Source: Lingula anatina
Lineage: Eukaryota > Animalia > Brachiopoda
Direction: 5' to 3'
Assembly (NCBI GenBank): GCA_051362555.1
Contig: CM120647.1
Span: forward strand, 15,290,651 to 15,354,650
Length of the DNA: 64,000 nucleotides
The translations under genes and the position numbers were made by a program. The notes below the pieces were generated by a model, which saw only the letters and a program-made list of their open reading frames with translations, was not told the DNA's origin and searched no databases. Within the stretch, counting starts at the first letter, position 1, and each line of letters begins with the position of its first letter. This document shows positions 51,001 to 64,000 of this stretch, piece after piece.

Positions 51001-54000
51001 GAGAGAAGTGTTTTGAGGTGCTTGGAGAAGCTGTTGCTGCCAGGTAAGAATAAGACCCATAATGATATTAATTTGTGCTTTTTGATAAAATTATTTATTT
51101 TAAAGCATGTAGAAAGTTCCTTGTTTCCTCTTTCATATTTGTATTACCTTTGTTGTGTAAAGGTGATAGTTAAACAATAGTTTAACAATATAGATCAAAA
51201 CATTTATGTTCCAAATTTCATTATTATAGGATTAGTATGATAGCATGATAGTATTATCAGAAATAAAGAAACCTGGCTTTATCAAGGGCAAGTCAATACA
51301 GCTACCCAATTTTCGTTTCCACTCCATTTATGGTTATGATTTCTGAATTGAGAAAAGCCACCTTGAGGACCAGAACTCCTTATAGTTGCCTTATTCTGAT
51401 GCCCACTTTATTTCTGCCTCTGGTTTCAGAATTGAGGGCAGCCAGCTTGAGGATCGAACTCTGGAAAAGATGTGGCTGGTCAGACATCTAGAGATCACAA
51501 GACAACTGACCATAGAAGACCTCAGGGTAGTCAAGGTAACAACACTGAACAGGAATATGACCATGACATAATTGTGTTCTTGTTAGAATTTGTAAATATA
51601 ATTTAAATATATTATCCAGCGAAATTCTATGCAAGAAATAGATTATATGATTACTGATAAAACGTGAGTAGCTTCTGAAGAGACCCAATGTTTCTCAACC
51701 TTGATCATTACACAGTAGACAAAATTATTAAGGTATTTTCGGGTATTAGTATTATTATTATTCCAGTCAGTATGTGAGCCCTGTTTTCCACCAGAATATG
51801 ATGTTGTACAGAGATACTTGAAGATGTACCATGAAGCCATAGGAAATCATGTGAGTTAGCATAGATATAAATAAATAAATAAATAAATAAATAAGTTATA
51901 AACTTTGGATAAAAGATTATACAAGATTGAAGAACTGTTAACTTTCTACTGCAACAGAATGTATCAGAGTGAAAAAGAAAGTATAATGTGGAGTTTAGCC
52001 TTGTTATTTTATCAGTCTTACAGGATAGATAGAGTTTCATCAATTTGATAATTCAGTAGAACAAAATGTTGAGATGACCAAAGACATATTAAGTGATTTT
52101 AAGCTAAACAATGTTCATTGAAAAAAGAGTTGACATGAAAGGTTGCCTCAGTAATTGTTATTTACAATTTATGTTTCAGATTTTGGAATTAATATCGCAG
52201 GATTTAGAAAAGAATGAAATAGTCTCACTCCTGACCTGGGTGAATGCATATTGGTGAGTGGTTTAAATCCATTCTCCCTCCCACTTCTCTCTCCCTCTCA
52301 CTCTCTGTCTCTCTGGGAGGTGATATTAGTCTCTCAACCACCCTGAACTTATAGATATTGTTTGTAGTATTTTACATTCAGTTGAATATTCATGCTCAAG
52401 TTTGAAGATATAAGGTCCCATTTAAACACCCAGAGCTTCAGAGATGCCTGGTCCAGGAAACAGCATATCGTGTACATGCTGACTAGTGATTTTAGGTCTC
52501 AACAATCTCTTAAGTTCTGTGTACAACCTGCTGATAAGTGATGTTAAGTCTCAACAATCTCTGAAATTGTGTGTCTGTTCAGGTCTACTCACCTGATGAA
52601 CCATCCTGAGCTGAAAGATTTGAATAAAGACAACCTGGGCCCTCTCCTGGAGAACAGTGTTCTGGAGGATCTGCAACAAAAGTCAGTGCACAGTTCTAAT
52701 CCATTCTTTCTTTTTTAAGTAAATCATTTAGATTCTGATTTATAAATAATAATCTGTCTCTCTCTCATACTCTTCATACAAAGGTTAATGTGATAAGTTA
52801 AATGCTAAATCATGTTATAATGTACTGGTATGGCAAAACATTACTGATTATGAATAAAAAAAGTTATTCATCTTATTTATTTGATTAGAATATTATCATC
52901 TTCACATGAAATAACATATTATGAGTAAACATGAAATAAATCATACTGTTACATTTCAAGGTACCTGACCACTATGAAGAAGGATATAGAAGACTGGATG
53001 AGCAAGGCTCTGCAGTCAGATCTAAAGGTGGGCAGTAGTGAGCAGTGGGCGGTAGTGGGGTAACAGCTTAATTAGGAATAGGCTCAGAAATCTACAATCT
53101 GAATCAAAATTCTATAGTTTGAGGACCATATGTATATATAATTGAATATCATTTAAAATAAATGCTCAAATTCCCAGTGGTCCTAATGTCTTTTTAAATT
53201 TGAAAAATATATTTTTACAAGAAATGTTTTGATAACAAATGTACTACTAGTTATCAGAGGGTTGATATTGCAGGCTGATTGTATAGTTGACTGTATAGAA
53301 GTCTTATTCTTTTCCAAGGACTGGTTTCGGGAGATCAAACCTGACTCTGATGCTCAAGGTTACTTCAGCACTCCAATGCCTATCATACTATTTGAGATGA
53401 TTGAACAGAATGTGAGTTTTTTCCAGAAATTATTTCACAGCTTAATACTTATATCTGTATGTAACATGTATTTTATCTAAGCTATTGAGCAAGGTGTAGG
53501 CTATTACCAGGTTTTGTCGTTAGGATTTAAGTACGGCTCTGGTTTGATTGCTAAAAGGTTTCAGGTAGAAATAATTCGAGCATGTTCTGTTAAAAAACTA
53601 TAACAGTAGACCACATGGGAGCCAGGGTTTTCTCTTAAGCTTGCTGACTTACACTCACACTTACCATAAAAAAAAAAAAAAAAAAACGTAACACATACAA
53701 AAACACTGTTAAACCTTACTTATTCTTACCAATAATTGTTATAAAAACAATGATATATGTATATCTGTATCTGAAGCTCCAAGTTGCAGCTCACATCAAC
53801 AAGGACCTAACCCTGAAGGTGCTGGATCTGTGCATAGATGAACTGCAGGCTTTTGCCAAAATGTTCAGTGGTAAGATTCTATGTTTTTATGTTTATAAGT
53901 CTTTTAAGGCCTATTTTAAGGCATTTTTGCTGTGTGAAAATATTTACATAGATGTGCATGGCTTAAACTTTGAGACAAGCATGTGACTACTGGCAGGTCC

Positions 54001-57000
54001 TACCAGATAGCTAGTTGGTCTTTCAAAGCTCCGTGTCTTAATGTACATATATTTTAACTTGATAATGCTACTTTGGAACGAATGTTTCAGGTGTATAAAT
54101 AAACAAACTGACCAAAAAAAAAAATTTTTTTTTTCTTTTTTAGGAGAGATGAGGCGATATAAAGAACAACACTTTGAAGATAGAGGGCAGCCTCCCTGCT
54201 ACATCCATTATATGGTGACTTCACTTTGTCCTCTTCTAGCTCAATGCAAATATTTGAATTGGGAAACAATAATAACTATAATTATAAAAAATCAATTTAT
54301 ATTTATTTCAACATAAATTACATTTTAATCTGTTGCTGCACTTACTAGAAGACTGGATTTAAAGTCCAGTTGTAATTTGCACAATATTTGCTATTTATGT
54401 CACATGGCAATCCATGACGGCCAACCTGCTGAGAGTGGATTGCTCCCAATGGGGATGATGATTTGCTATTCTTCCTTCTCCTTTCACCCAGATGGCCAAC
54501 ATCAACAACTGCCTGGCATTTGTGGACCTGATGGATCACCTGTGTAATAAGTACATCAAAGGGGACTCTGCCACGGAGCACAAGAGGTTTCGAACCATGG
54601 CCAAGATATTTGAATCCATTTCCAGAGAGGGGTGAGTCTGTAATGCAGTTATTGTTTTTGATAAGAATAATTATAAGGAAAAAAAAACTATAATGATGCT
54701 GATGATGATTATTTATTTAAAATCACAATCAAGAGGTTAAAGTTTTTTCTTAATGTAAACACAATACAGATTGTTATACATATTTCAATATAATGTACTA
54801 GCCTAAGGAAATAGCACTAAAATTTATTACGTTAGATCTTGGTTTACATGTTTTAAAATTTAGGTGGTTTGTATTGATACCATATTAAATATTTTCCCTA
54901 AAATAAAGCCTGTACTATTCATTTGAGGTGAAATCCGTAAAGGCCGTGTGGTATCTAATATATTTTTTATTTTTTGATGTTTTTTAAAGTTTTCATCTCT
55001 AGTTTTGTCCTTTCTCTTTGCATTATAATTTTTATTATAATTTATTTATACTAATTGAATGATTTCCTGTGGTTTCCGTTTCCATAAATTTTATATTACA
55101 TGTGTGTAACATCAAAATTATTTTTGTTTCTCAGCTGTAGCTACTTACTGGAGGAGGTGTTTATGGATCTCCGTGAACATTTGGATGCACTTCTCACACG
55201 AGACAAGTGGTATAATAGTCAGGTAATAAATGCTGTAAGAACAGTGATAATTGAAGGGACCATAGGTCTTAAATTGTTGTTTTAATCATTATTGGTTTGA
55301 ATTTCAGCTAAGATTTTGTAAGATTTTGTTGGTATGGCTAAGTGTGCTCTTGATTTGAAGACTGATCTCGTTCCTAAATTTATCATTGAAGAAAAATGCA
55401 GAAGAAAGTAAGAATAAATGAATAAAAAAGGTATAAAACATTCCGTGTAATCATACATTAACACCAGGCACTTGAATTCACTCAAGTAAATTGAAAATAG
55501 TAGAGAATAGAGTTATTTTCAAATGAACGCAGCAATTTTATATGTTCCCAGGTTCCCATAGACACCATATGTATCACAGTAGAAGATTACTGCTCTGACT
55601 TTATTCACCTCAAACCAAAGTCCTTCACCCACATCATGGTGACTGCCTTGGAGAGGGTCATGTTGGAATACATCAAGGCACTGGTGACTCCCAGCAGGTG
55701 AGTGCTATATTCACTGATGATGAATTTTGTCCAGACTTACATGAATTTTAGGGTATTTGGGTGTTGTATTTATGCCCTTTGACCCCCCATCCACACACAC
55801 CCCCCCAATGTAAATTGAAGTAGAATGCCTCTAAAACCATGTGTAAAAGATAAGATCATAAAATGTTGCATGTTGATTGCTTAATAGGAAGATCACTTTC
55901 CGGAACTATGAAGATCGTCGCACTGCCGGTGATAAAATAGTACAGGAGGCTGACCAGTTGTTTAACACTTTCCAGCGCCTGGCCCCTGTGTCTGCTGAGG
56001 TATAGTACACATTACTTCTACACACACTACCATACCTAATACATGGCCAAACCTAACACACTGTCACAACTAACAAAGTGTCACATGTTCCACAGTACCA
56101 CATTTAACAGTGCCACCTTTCACACACCAACACATCATTCACATATTAGGTAATTTATTTTTAAATGTGTCCTTTTCATTGATCATAGTATGTTGTGATT
56201 TCAGCAAGAGGCCATGATCAACACACTCCCTATGTTGGCTGAGGTACTGAAGTTACAGGACACTGCTATGTTGGCTCTAGAAATTTCTGTAAGTTGCCAG
56301 GTTTTGTGAAGATATTTTTGTTAGTTTGTTTGAAAGAAAAAACATCTGTAAGAATTGGATCTGTGAGCTTCAAAGCCTGCAGGAAAGCGAATAAAATGTG
56401 AAAACATAATTGGTTTGTTTTAAGTTTCACTTCAAATACAATAGATATGAATGTGAGTGTCTTTTGGCTTAAATTCAAGTGTATGAAATGATTTTCCATC
56501 ATTTGCCATTACTTAGATGACTGCTGCCCACAAAGTAAAACACTTGAAATTATGTAGAAGCAAAAACTTGTTGACATCTTATGAAAACAAGACATTTTGA
56601 TATGAGAATTGTATTTATATTTAATTATATTGACTGTATTTTGATTTTATTTGATTGTATTTATAGTTAATCATTTTGAATGTACCTTGATTTTATTTCC
56701 CCACTCTTGCAGACAATAGCCCAGAAGCACCCTGACGTCCACCCTGAGCAGCTGGTTAACTTGATGGCACTGAGGGGGGATATTGGAAAATCTGATGCCA
56801 GAAATGTAAGTTTTTTTTTTTTTTAATAATAATTTTAAGTCCCGGAATCTGTTTTCTTTAAATGACTTGGTCAAAAATGTATCTTTTTAACATCTGATAA
56901 GCATTTTAGGTTACTGTGTTGCCTTTCACAGATAGCCTAAAGGCTGGCTTCCCTTATTTTATCTAAAATTCCTTTCGCAGATGAACCAAAGGCCTGCTCT

Positions 57001-57335
57001 CCTTAACTCATCTGACAAAGTTGCCTTTCACAGATAAATTTAAGACCTGCTCCCCTTATTTTACCAACCTATCGATTGCCTTCAAAATGATGATATTAAC
57101 TCAGAGTGTTGACATTATCCACAAAGGTATATTAATTTTAGGATACATGACTCATTCATCAGATTCAGAAGCTCTGGAACCAGTATAAGCTTAGATTTAC
57201 GTATTTTATTTCTCACTCTATATTCTATGTATTTTAAATTATTTTGAAATTATTTCTTTCCAGTTGGCAATTGAAGCAGTGGGCGAGGAAGAGTCGAGAC
57301 CAGTGGGGCTGTTTACTAAAGTGCAAAATTTATAA
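48037..57335 (+). CDS. EXOC3: Exocyst complex component 3 (Sec6), ~740 aa, 22 coding exons
   Basis: [60 protein letters not shown]. Exons 48037-48180, 48498-48610, 48826-48916, 49122-49228, 49560-49641, 50419-50567, 50930-51043, 51430-51535, 51767-51850, 52180-52253, 52583-52681, 52961-53027, 53319-53411, 53777-53870, 54144-54214, 54492-54631, 55135-55222, 55552-55697, 55888-55999, 56205-56288, 56713-56805, 57264-57335; total 2223 nt in frame. Confidence 0.95.
49781..50221. mobile_element. Helentron-type non-autonomous element (HINE-like) in EXOC3 intron
   Basis: Subterminal ACCTCCGCCAAGG, two internal tandem units, (GACA)n/(CAAA)n, and the 3' palindrome ATAACCTCCTTGGCGGAGGTTAT. Confidence 0.7.
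56917..57085. repeat. Degenerate ~50-55-bp intronic tandem repeat
   Basis: GTTGCCTTTCACAGAT..CCCTTATTTTA recurs about three times. Confidence 0.6.
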
Positions 57336-58629
57336 CAGACACAAGTTTAACTACAGTGTTACATTGCATGTGATATAAAAAGTTGAATAATTGCTAAACT
57401 GATAATTATAATTGGTAAAAAAAATCATGGCCAGTATATCCTTGTAAGATGGCGGGGAAATTATTACAGTGCTTTCCTAATTGTTATGACTATACTTGCT
57501 GTATTGGAGAAATCTGCCCGTAGAAAGCAATTTCAGAAAGGGGGGGGGGGGGGGGGGGAGGTCTTTTTCTGATAAAAAGGACCTTTTACCAGAGCAGAAA
57601 TTTTCCTGGCAAAAACTGGAGGAGGGGGGGGGGGGGGGGGAGGTCTTTGCACCCATCCCAACAGTAACAACAACAGGTTTAGACACTGACACTAAGCTGC
57701 TGTCACTGCACCAGTTTGGTCTTCTCTCTAGTGACCATGACTGTGGATGAGGAAGAATTATGTGTCAGCTTTCCTTTAAGTTGCAAAAAAAAAAAAAAAA
57801 AACTGTCATCAGATTTTTAAAGTCTGGCAGCAGTTCAGGAAGGAAACTAATTTTGCTTTCCTTGTAACGTGTTGTATAAAGACTGCCATATACATTTATG
57901 TGAATTAAAATTGCACATTGTCATACCAGAATACAGGCAAATATATGGATATGATGTAATTATTTGGTCAACGAAATCAAAATGGTGCTTAATTGTCAAT
58001 GAGTTAAAAAGTGCATGCTGTACTTGTCTTGAGTATTCAAAGGTTGATACAATACAAAAAAAAAAAAATATATAATAATAAATAAATAAAAATAAATAAA
58101 TAAATAAATGGTGAAATAAATAGGTGGAATACCCTAGTTTACAGTTTTTTTATTATTTATTTATTTATGTCTTATGTTACTGATGATTCTTTGGAGTTAA
58201 AGCCGTTATTGTTTTTTTACAGATGTAAATTTTTTTATTAGTTTCTTGATCTAGAGTAAGTGCATATTTTTGACTTTATCAAAATTTGATCACAAGGGAA
58301 CTTCGTCAAATACAACTGTTACAGTGTAAAAAATGATAATTCTAAAAATAAAAATACTATGTATAAGTACTAGTATGTATGTTGAGTCTGAAATCCAAAT
58401 TTGTTCAGTGTACAAAATAACATGAAAAAAAAATTAAAAGGCAAGTAAAAAAATGATTAAAACAGGAAAATTAATTAAAACAATGTAGATCTAGAAGTAA
58501 ACATGTTACTTGATCACTCACTCTAAAAAGTCATTAATAGAAACCTACTATATCTACTTTATCTCCCTTGCAATATACGGTGCTGCCATCTGGCGATAAG
58601 AAATGCACTCACAAGTAACATTTTAGACA

Positions 58630-58800
58630 AATCACTGATCAAACTTACCTTCACCTCGGGATGAGCGAGCACCGGTCTTCCGGCTATTTCCGGTGTGGCG
58701 TGTAGGGCTCGGAGCGTGAACCATCCGTTCTGCACATGCGCACAAAGCGCAGGCAAATCTGAGAGACTTCGGCGTGTACAGTCCGTCTCTATCGATTTAT
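58630..58800. promoter_or_regulatory. CpG-rich promoter-like patch of an unidentified transcription unit
   Basis: Local CpG enrichment in CpG-poor surroundings, with divergent GTAAGT donors (minus strand at ~58648, plus strand at 59041). Confidence 0.4.
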
Positions 58801-59809
58801 CAAAACATTATGCTCGATTTATATAAGATTTGATAAGTAGAGGTATTTAACAGAAGACAAGAAACATGGAGTACGATGTTTGTTTACTTTTAAGATCCAT
58901 TTACTTCAGGAAAACACAGCATGTAGGAGGAAATCACTAAAAGTGAAGGGACTGAGGAAGGCTGATATCGGCGATTTTTTTGGTCTACTTCAAAAGAACA
59001 AAGTAGAAAAAAAGGGGAAAAATCATCTACCAGTTGGCAAGTAAGTCTAACGTACGTTTTACTTGTTGATGTCAATTTGTAACCTTACACAGCAGGTAGA
59101 GTTACTACTACTAGTAAGTATAATGTACTACTCAGAGTAGTGCCCACCAATTTCATAATGACAAAATCAAAAATGTGTCGAAATGTGTCTACACTCTTCG
59201 GTGTATTAACAAAATCACTTGAATTACCTGGACAGATGTTCAGTAAAGATACACACAGTTGCAGTAGAAATAAACATTTTCTGCACACTGATGCTGAGAA
59301 TTGCCTTTAAATTTGGTGAATGACAATTCTGTATGTCTATTATTGATTTTAAGTTATTATTACAAGTCCTCTCTATCTGAAATGCTTGGAATTTCGTTGC
59401 TGAATATACAATGTTGCACACTATAATAGACATTTGATTGTTTAACTAATATGTTTTAATTTGATTCTTACTACAGTGCACAGCCTAGGTTTTTTTCATA
59501 GCCATTGTTAACTGAATCGGTCTGTGGGAAGAAGTATTCAACATACTGTTTATGCTTATTTCTTCAATTGTCTTTAGTAATTCATCAACTAAGATCTATA
59601 TTGTTTGACTTAAAAGGTGAGAAGAACTCTAATAACAAGCTGTAAATGCAGAGCCCTGGAATCATTATTTCAACACATGTGAAAGAAAGATGAATTTTGT
59701 AGATAAAATTCACTTTTTGGGCTTGTAATAAAGAACAATCATTCATGTACCTAATATTTCATTGAAAATTGGCAAATCTCTGATGAAAATTATGTATTTT
59801 TAAATTGTT

Positions 59810-59867
<58 letters not shown>

Positions 59868-62800
59868 CTTTAAGTTAATCATATAATCAGATATATTCCA
59901 AATTTAACTATGTATAGTAAGTACAAAATATATGTATGTGTATGGAGAGTTGTTGGTTTCCTTGTAAAGAAAGTCAAACAGAAATAGTCTCATAATAGGA
60001 AGAAGGGTTTGTCTCCAACTTTGTTATTAGGTAATTTCCTAATTACCTTTCAGCTTGCAGGCTTGTATCTGTGGTCCTTACCAAGATAATCATTAAGTTA
60101 AAAAAATAAAATTTTTATTTAGCTCACTCTTTTCCTAAAACACTGAAACAAAGATATTAAAGTAGGTCACCTGTTAGATTTTTTAACTTGATTATACGGT
60201 CTTAACCATCTGTATGTCTGAAATCAAGTGAGTTTTTTTATCACAGGTGGACTGTTTTCAGTTTGAATATCTTGAAGAATTGATTTGATTAAAGGTACAT
60301 ATGTTTGTGTCACTTTGACTTAGTTAAAATGTCATTTTGGCTTAAGCTCAGAGCTAATCACCTGTCAGTTTTGGTCTGACATTATGAGAACATGAAATGA
60401 CAACGCTCAGGTACAGCATAAGTTTATATCTTATCAGGAGATAACATCACGAGTTACGGTTGATTGTTCATAAACTGTCTTATTGCAGCATTATTATCTG
60501 ATAACTTTCACTTACTTTTTAACCAGCCTAATCAAGATGACTGACACTTTAAGCATGATGGCTTTAAAAAGGAAGAAAAAACTCCTCCTCATATTGCCCA
60601 GCAGCTTTCAGAGAGGGAAAATGTCTTCAGGGTGCAGTATTTATTTTGATGTTCCTCAGACTATGCATGTTTGTGTAGCAACTTCTTTATTATTGTTGTA
60701 AATTGAAATATCTGGATGTAAATTTGAAATATTTGGATGTAAATATGAATATAAACTAGGAGCCACACTATTGGTGAAAATTCAGATTTAAAACCTAATT
60801 AGATGGAAGTTATGGTCCTTCTTTTTCTGCAGAAGGCATAATGAGCAATGTTTTTATTTGTGACTTTATACATTTTTCAGCATGGCTACAAAAAATGATG
60901 ACTTTATTACATTTATGAGGGAAGTGAAGTGGTACATACAGTACAGGAGACCGAGAGACTTTTTGGAAGACCCTAAAGAATTAAGGAAAATAAGAGAAGA
61001 GCACAGACTCATGTTTTAGATGATGAAGGTCAGTAGTTGTAGTTAGGAATATCAGATTGGTTTTTAAAATGAGTCCAGATGTCTGGCAAAGAAATCATAT
61101 TTTCCATCTAAGTCAATTCTGATTCATGATATGCTCCTTACCTCACCCTTACAGTGCATCATGATGTGTGGCACAATATCTAGATATCACTCTGGCTGGT
61201 AAACCATTATTATCCAAGATAGATGGTTGAATGGCTTCTATCCCTTTGCAGGATTCTTTATATTTTGTAGTAAACAATGAATATACGTTCTAAATTCCAT
61301 GTGTATTTGATGTACGGGAATGCATATAAGTAACTTTTTTCTCTTCAGAAGACCTTTATTATGTTGGCAAACGTGACAAATCAGGCATCAGACAAAGAGT
61401 TATTTAGGATGTAGAGGATATGTCTGGTACAAGATGACACAGGATGTAAAAGAATATGTAAGTATGTCTGAGCAAAACAGGTACACTTTGTTTTAAGCTC
61501 TTCTATATAAAGATCTTCAGGTACATTTCTTAATATGTATGTATTATCAGATACTATTCTGATCAGAATAAGCCATATCAACTTATTGTACTTAATACAC
61601 ATGGAAATTCAAACATTAGCTTTTTGCTTTAAAGAGTTTTCTTATATTTTTACTCCCTGATGATGGTGACTGACAGTCACAGAAATATTGGAGGTAATAC
61701 CAACATATTTTATAAGCTCTTGATAAAAAGAATAACAATAATTTTAATTTATAAATACAGAGATAATGAAACTGTTCTCTCATTTTCTTATTATGTTCAC
61801 TCCAGAAACAGTGTGTTTGTAAACTATTCAGCATCAGTAACTGATTTGTAGTAGTTTAGGAGTTTTCAGTGTACTTGTAGTTTTATTATTTTTGCATAAT
61901 AATAAGAAGGATCACAATTGATATATGTCAGAAAAATTTATCTTTCTGCTGCAGATTGAAGCGTGTGATAATAATCAATATGTATGTCATGTAATGTAAA
62001 AGGTTTATTAGAGCATCTGCACAAATGTTGGTAACATTCAGACTTTAAATTGTTGCGTCTGGTTACCTCCACAATATGAAGCTGTTCATAATGTTTCAAA
62101 GTGGTTAAATAGCATTTGTACTTGAACCTTAGTCATATTAGTACAGGTGCTTATTTTGTAATATACTTCTCTTATGTATAGACATGGCATCCCTCACAAA
62201 ACAAAGATTGAATATGTCTCTTCTTGTATAGCATAAGAGATAAAATTTAAAAAAAAACCTTTCCATTACATTTTATTGTTGATGACTAGTTTTATTTTTC
62301 TGTTACCTATTTAGTCTGTACATTTGGTAGCTTGTCTTGTAGCATTTACCAAGTTATCAGAATATAATTTTTTTTTTTAATGTATCCCTCGAAATAGTAG
62401 CTTTATTTACTTAATTACTGGTTAAATTAACAGAAACTACAAGCTTTGAAAAACCTTTTTCAGGTATAAAGGAATTTTTAACTGTCTTACACTTTTTTCA
62501 CTCTTATTTACAGAAGCTATCCTTAAAGGAGCTGGACTGAACAGTATCGACAACACACACTGCAAGTGGTTTAGGGAATAGGTTAGACAGAAAATAAGAA
62601 AGAGTGGAAGAAAGTCAGAGGATGAAGCCTGCGACTTAGCATTCTGCCAAAATAAAGGATACCATCGATGGATACAGTGTAACACGCCAAAGTTGGCTAC
62701 ATACCATTTGTGCTAAAGTCAAATGTTCTAAAAAAACACTTCCTAAAACCCAGTTTACATGCCCAATGTGCATTTCTGTACAAGGTTAGCAGAAAATTGC

Positions 62801-64000
62801 ATCTGTATTACTGGTTTAAAGTTTTCTCAACCCATAACATAATGCAATTTACATATATTTATATGATAGTACTGAAATCTGATAAAGTTTTTAAAATAGT
62901 TTTCGATGCAAACTGAGACTGAAATAAAAACTTAAAATTTTATTAGAACATTTGATTTAGTACATGCTACAAAAGTGTATCGATTTAATGAAAAAAATGA
63001 TAATCATCCACTTGCAGGGATCCCAGGGACCTACTATATTGTCACTTATTTTACATGTACATGACTTATTACTGTAAGGTGAGAATAAATAAAATAAAAG
63101 TCTTGTAACTAAGACAACTTGTTTTAGCATATTTATTCATTTTATGTTACTTTTCTCCTAGACCAGCATTTGTTGGTCTAAATAATTGTATTGATAACCA
63201 CTATACATTTTATAAAAGGCTCTATAAAGAAGAAGAATAAATGCTGAAAGCAAAAGGATGTTACAGTAACCAAAAAAAATCATTTGTAAAAGCTTTCTAA
63301 ATAGCTATATGGAATGTTTCCAATAACCATTAAATGAATAAGGTATCAATTCTCCGAAAATAATGATAAGGTAAAAGTAAAAACTGAATGGAAACATATG
63401 TATACATCGTAGCAGTTATAGCTAATAATCTGTATGACAGTGAAATTAATTAATCAAAAAAATACTTCATTTGAGTATATATGACATTGACCTTGTAAAG
63501 AACACACTGCAATAGTTACATTATACAAAATATACAAATAAGAGAATAAAAAAATGTATAAGAAATATTAGAAAATCAATCGGATGTGCTGTCCAAAACA
63601 CTTTCGTTCTCACCAATTCTGTCAACACTTGATGTTGGTAAATATGAGGCATCTAAACAACCTCCACAACTTAATTTTCAATTGTCTCAACATAACTAAT
63701 TTTATGAAATTATCGAAAAAAAAATGGGGGGGGGGGGGGGGGGATAAATTATTTGTTTGTGATGTTCAAGTTATTGCAGCAATTACTGTGAAGGCATATA
63801 TCCGAGTCTGACCATTATTAAGCGCTGCTTCTTCCTTAGCAAACCCAATCACCCAACAAAAAATTACAAATATTCATCAAAAATTGTGACCAAAATTGTC
63901 CAGACAATAAAAGATAACAAACATACCTAGATCTATACACAAATGAAAATGAAAAGGCAGAAATCGGCTTTCATGCATGGTTATTAAAAAAAATAATGTG

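Noticed and set aside
60526-60631. In-frame TGA (PNQDD*HFKHDG..) as a possible selenocysteine codon
   Set aside because: No recognisable selenoprotein context or SECIS element, and the frame does not continue.

Overview
AT-rich, intron-rich animal genomic DNA, probably a marine invertebrate (lophotrochozoan/mollusc-like judging from the repeat types; this is an inference). All gene models were assembled by hand from GT-AG sites and reading phase. (1) 0.1-26.3 kb holds a cluster of four paralogous five-exon genes. Each encodes a predicted type II membrane protein: cytoplasmic tail, one TM helix, a Frizzled-type cysteine-rich domain (FZ/CRD), then 9-13 LDL-receptor class A repeats in a single exon, ending at a stop with no protease domain. 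Paralog 3 appears nested antisense inside intron 1 of paralog 4, and paralogs 2 and 3 share a 148-bp near-identical tract. This cluster is the best candidate for an undescribed system. (2) A five-exon lipocalin gene lies at 28.7-31.6 kb. (3) A GMEB-family SAND-domain gene lies at 34.5-46.4 kb; its 9.7-kb intron carries an intact 4.76-kb DIRS1-like tyrosine-recombinase retrotransposon with ITRs and an ICR. (4) EXOC3/Sec6 (22 coding exons, 48.0-57.3 kb) is head-to-head with the GMEB-like gene. (5) MITEs, Helentron-type non-autonomous elements, a Tc1 remnant, tandem repeats, and an unexplained CpG-rich/exon-like region at 58.6-61 kb make up the rest.
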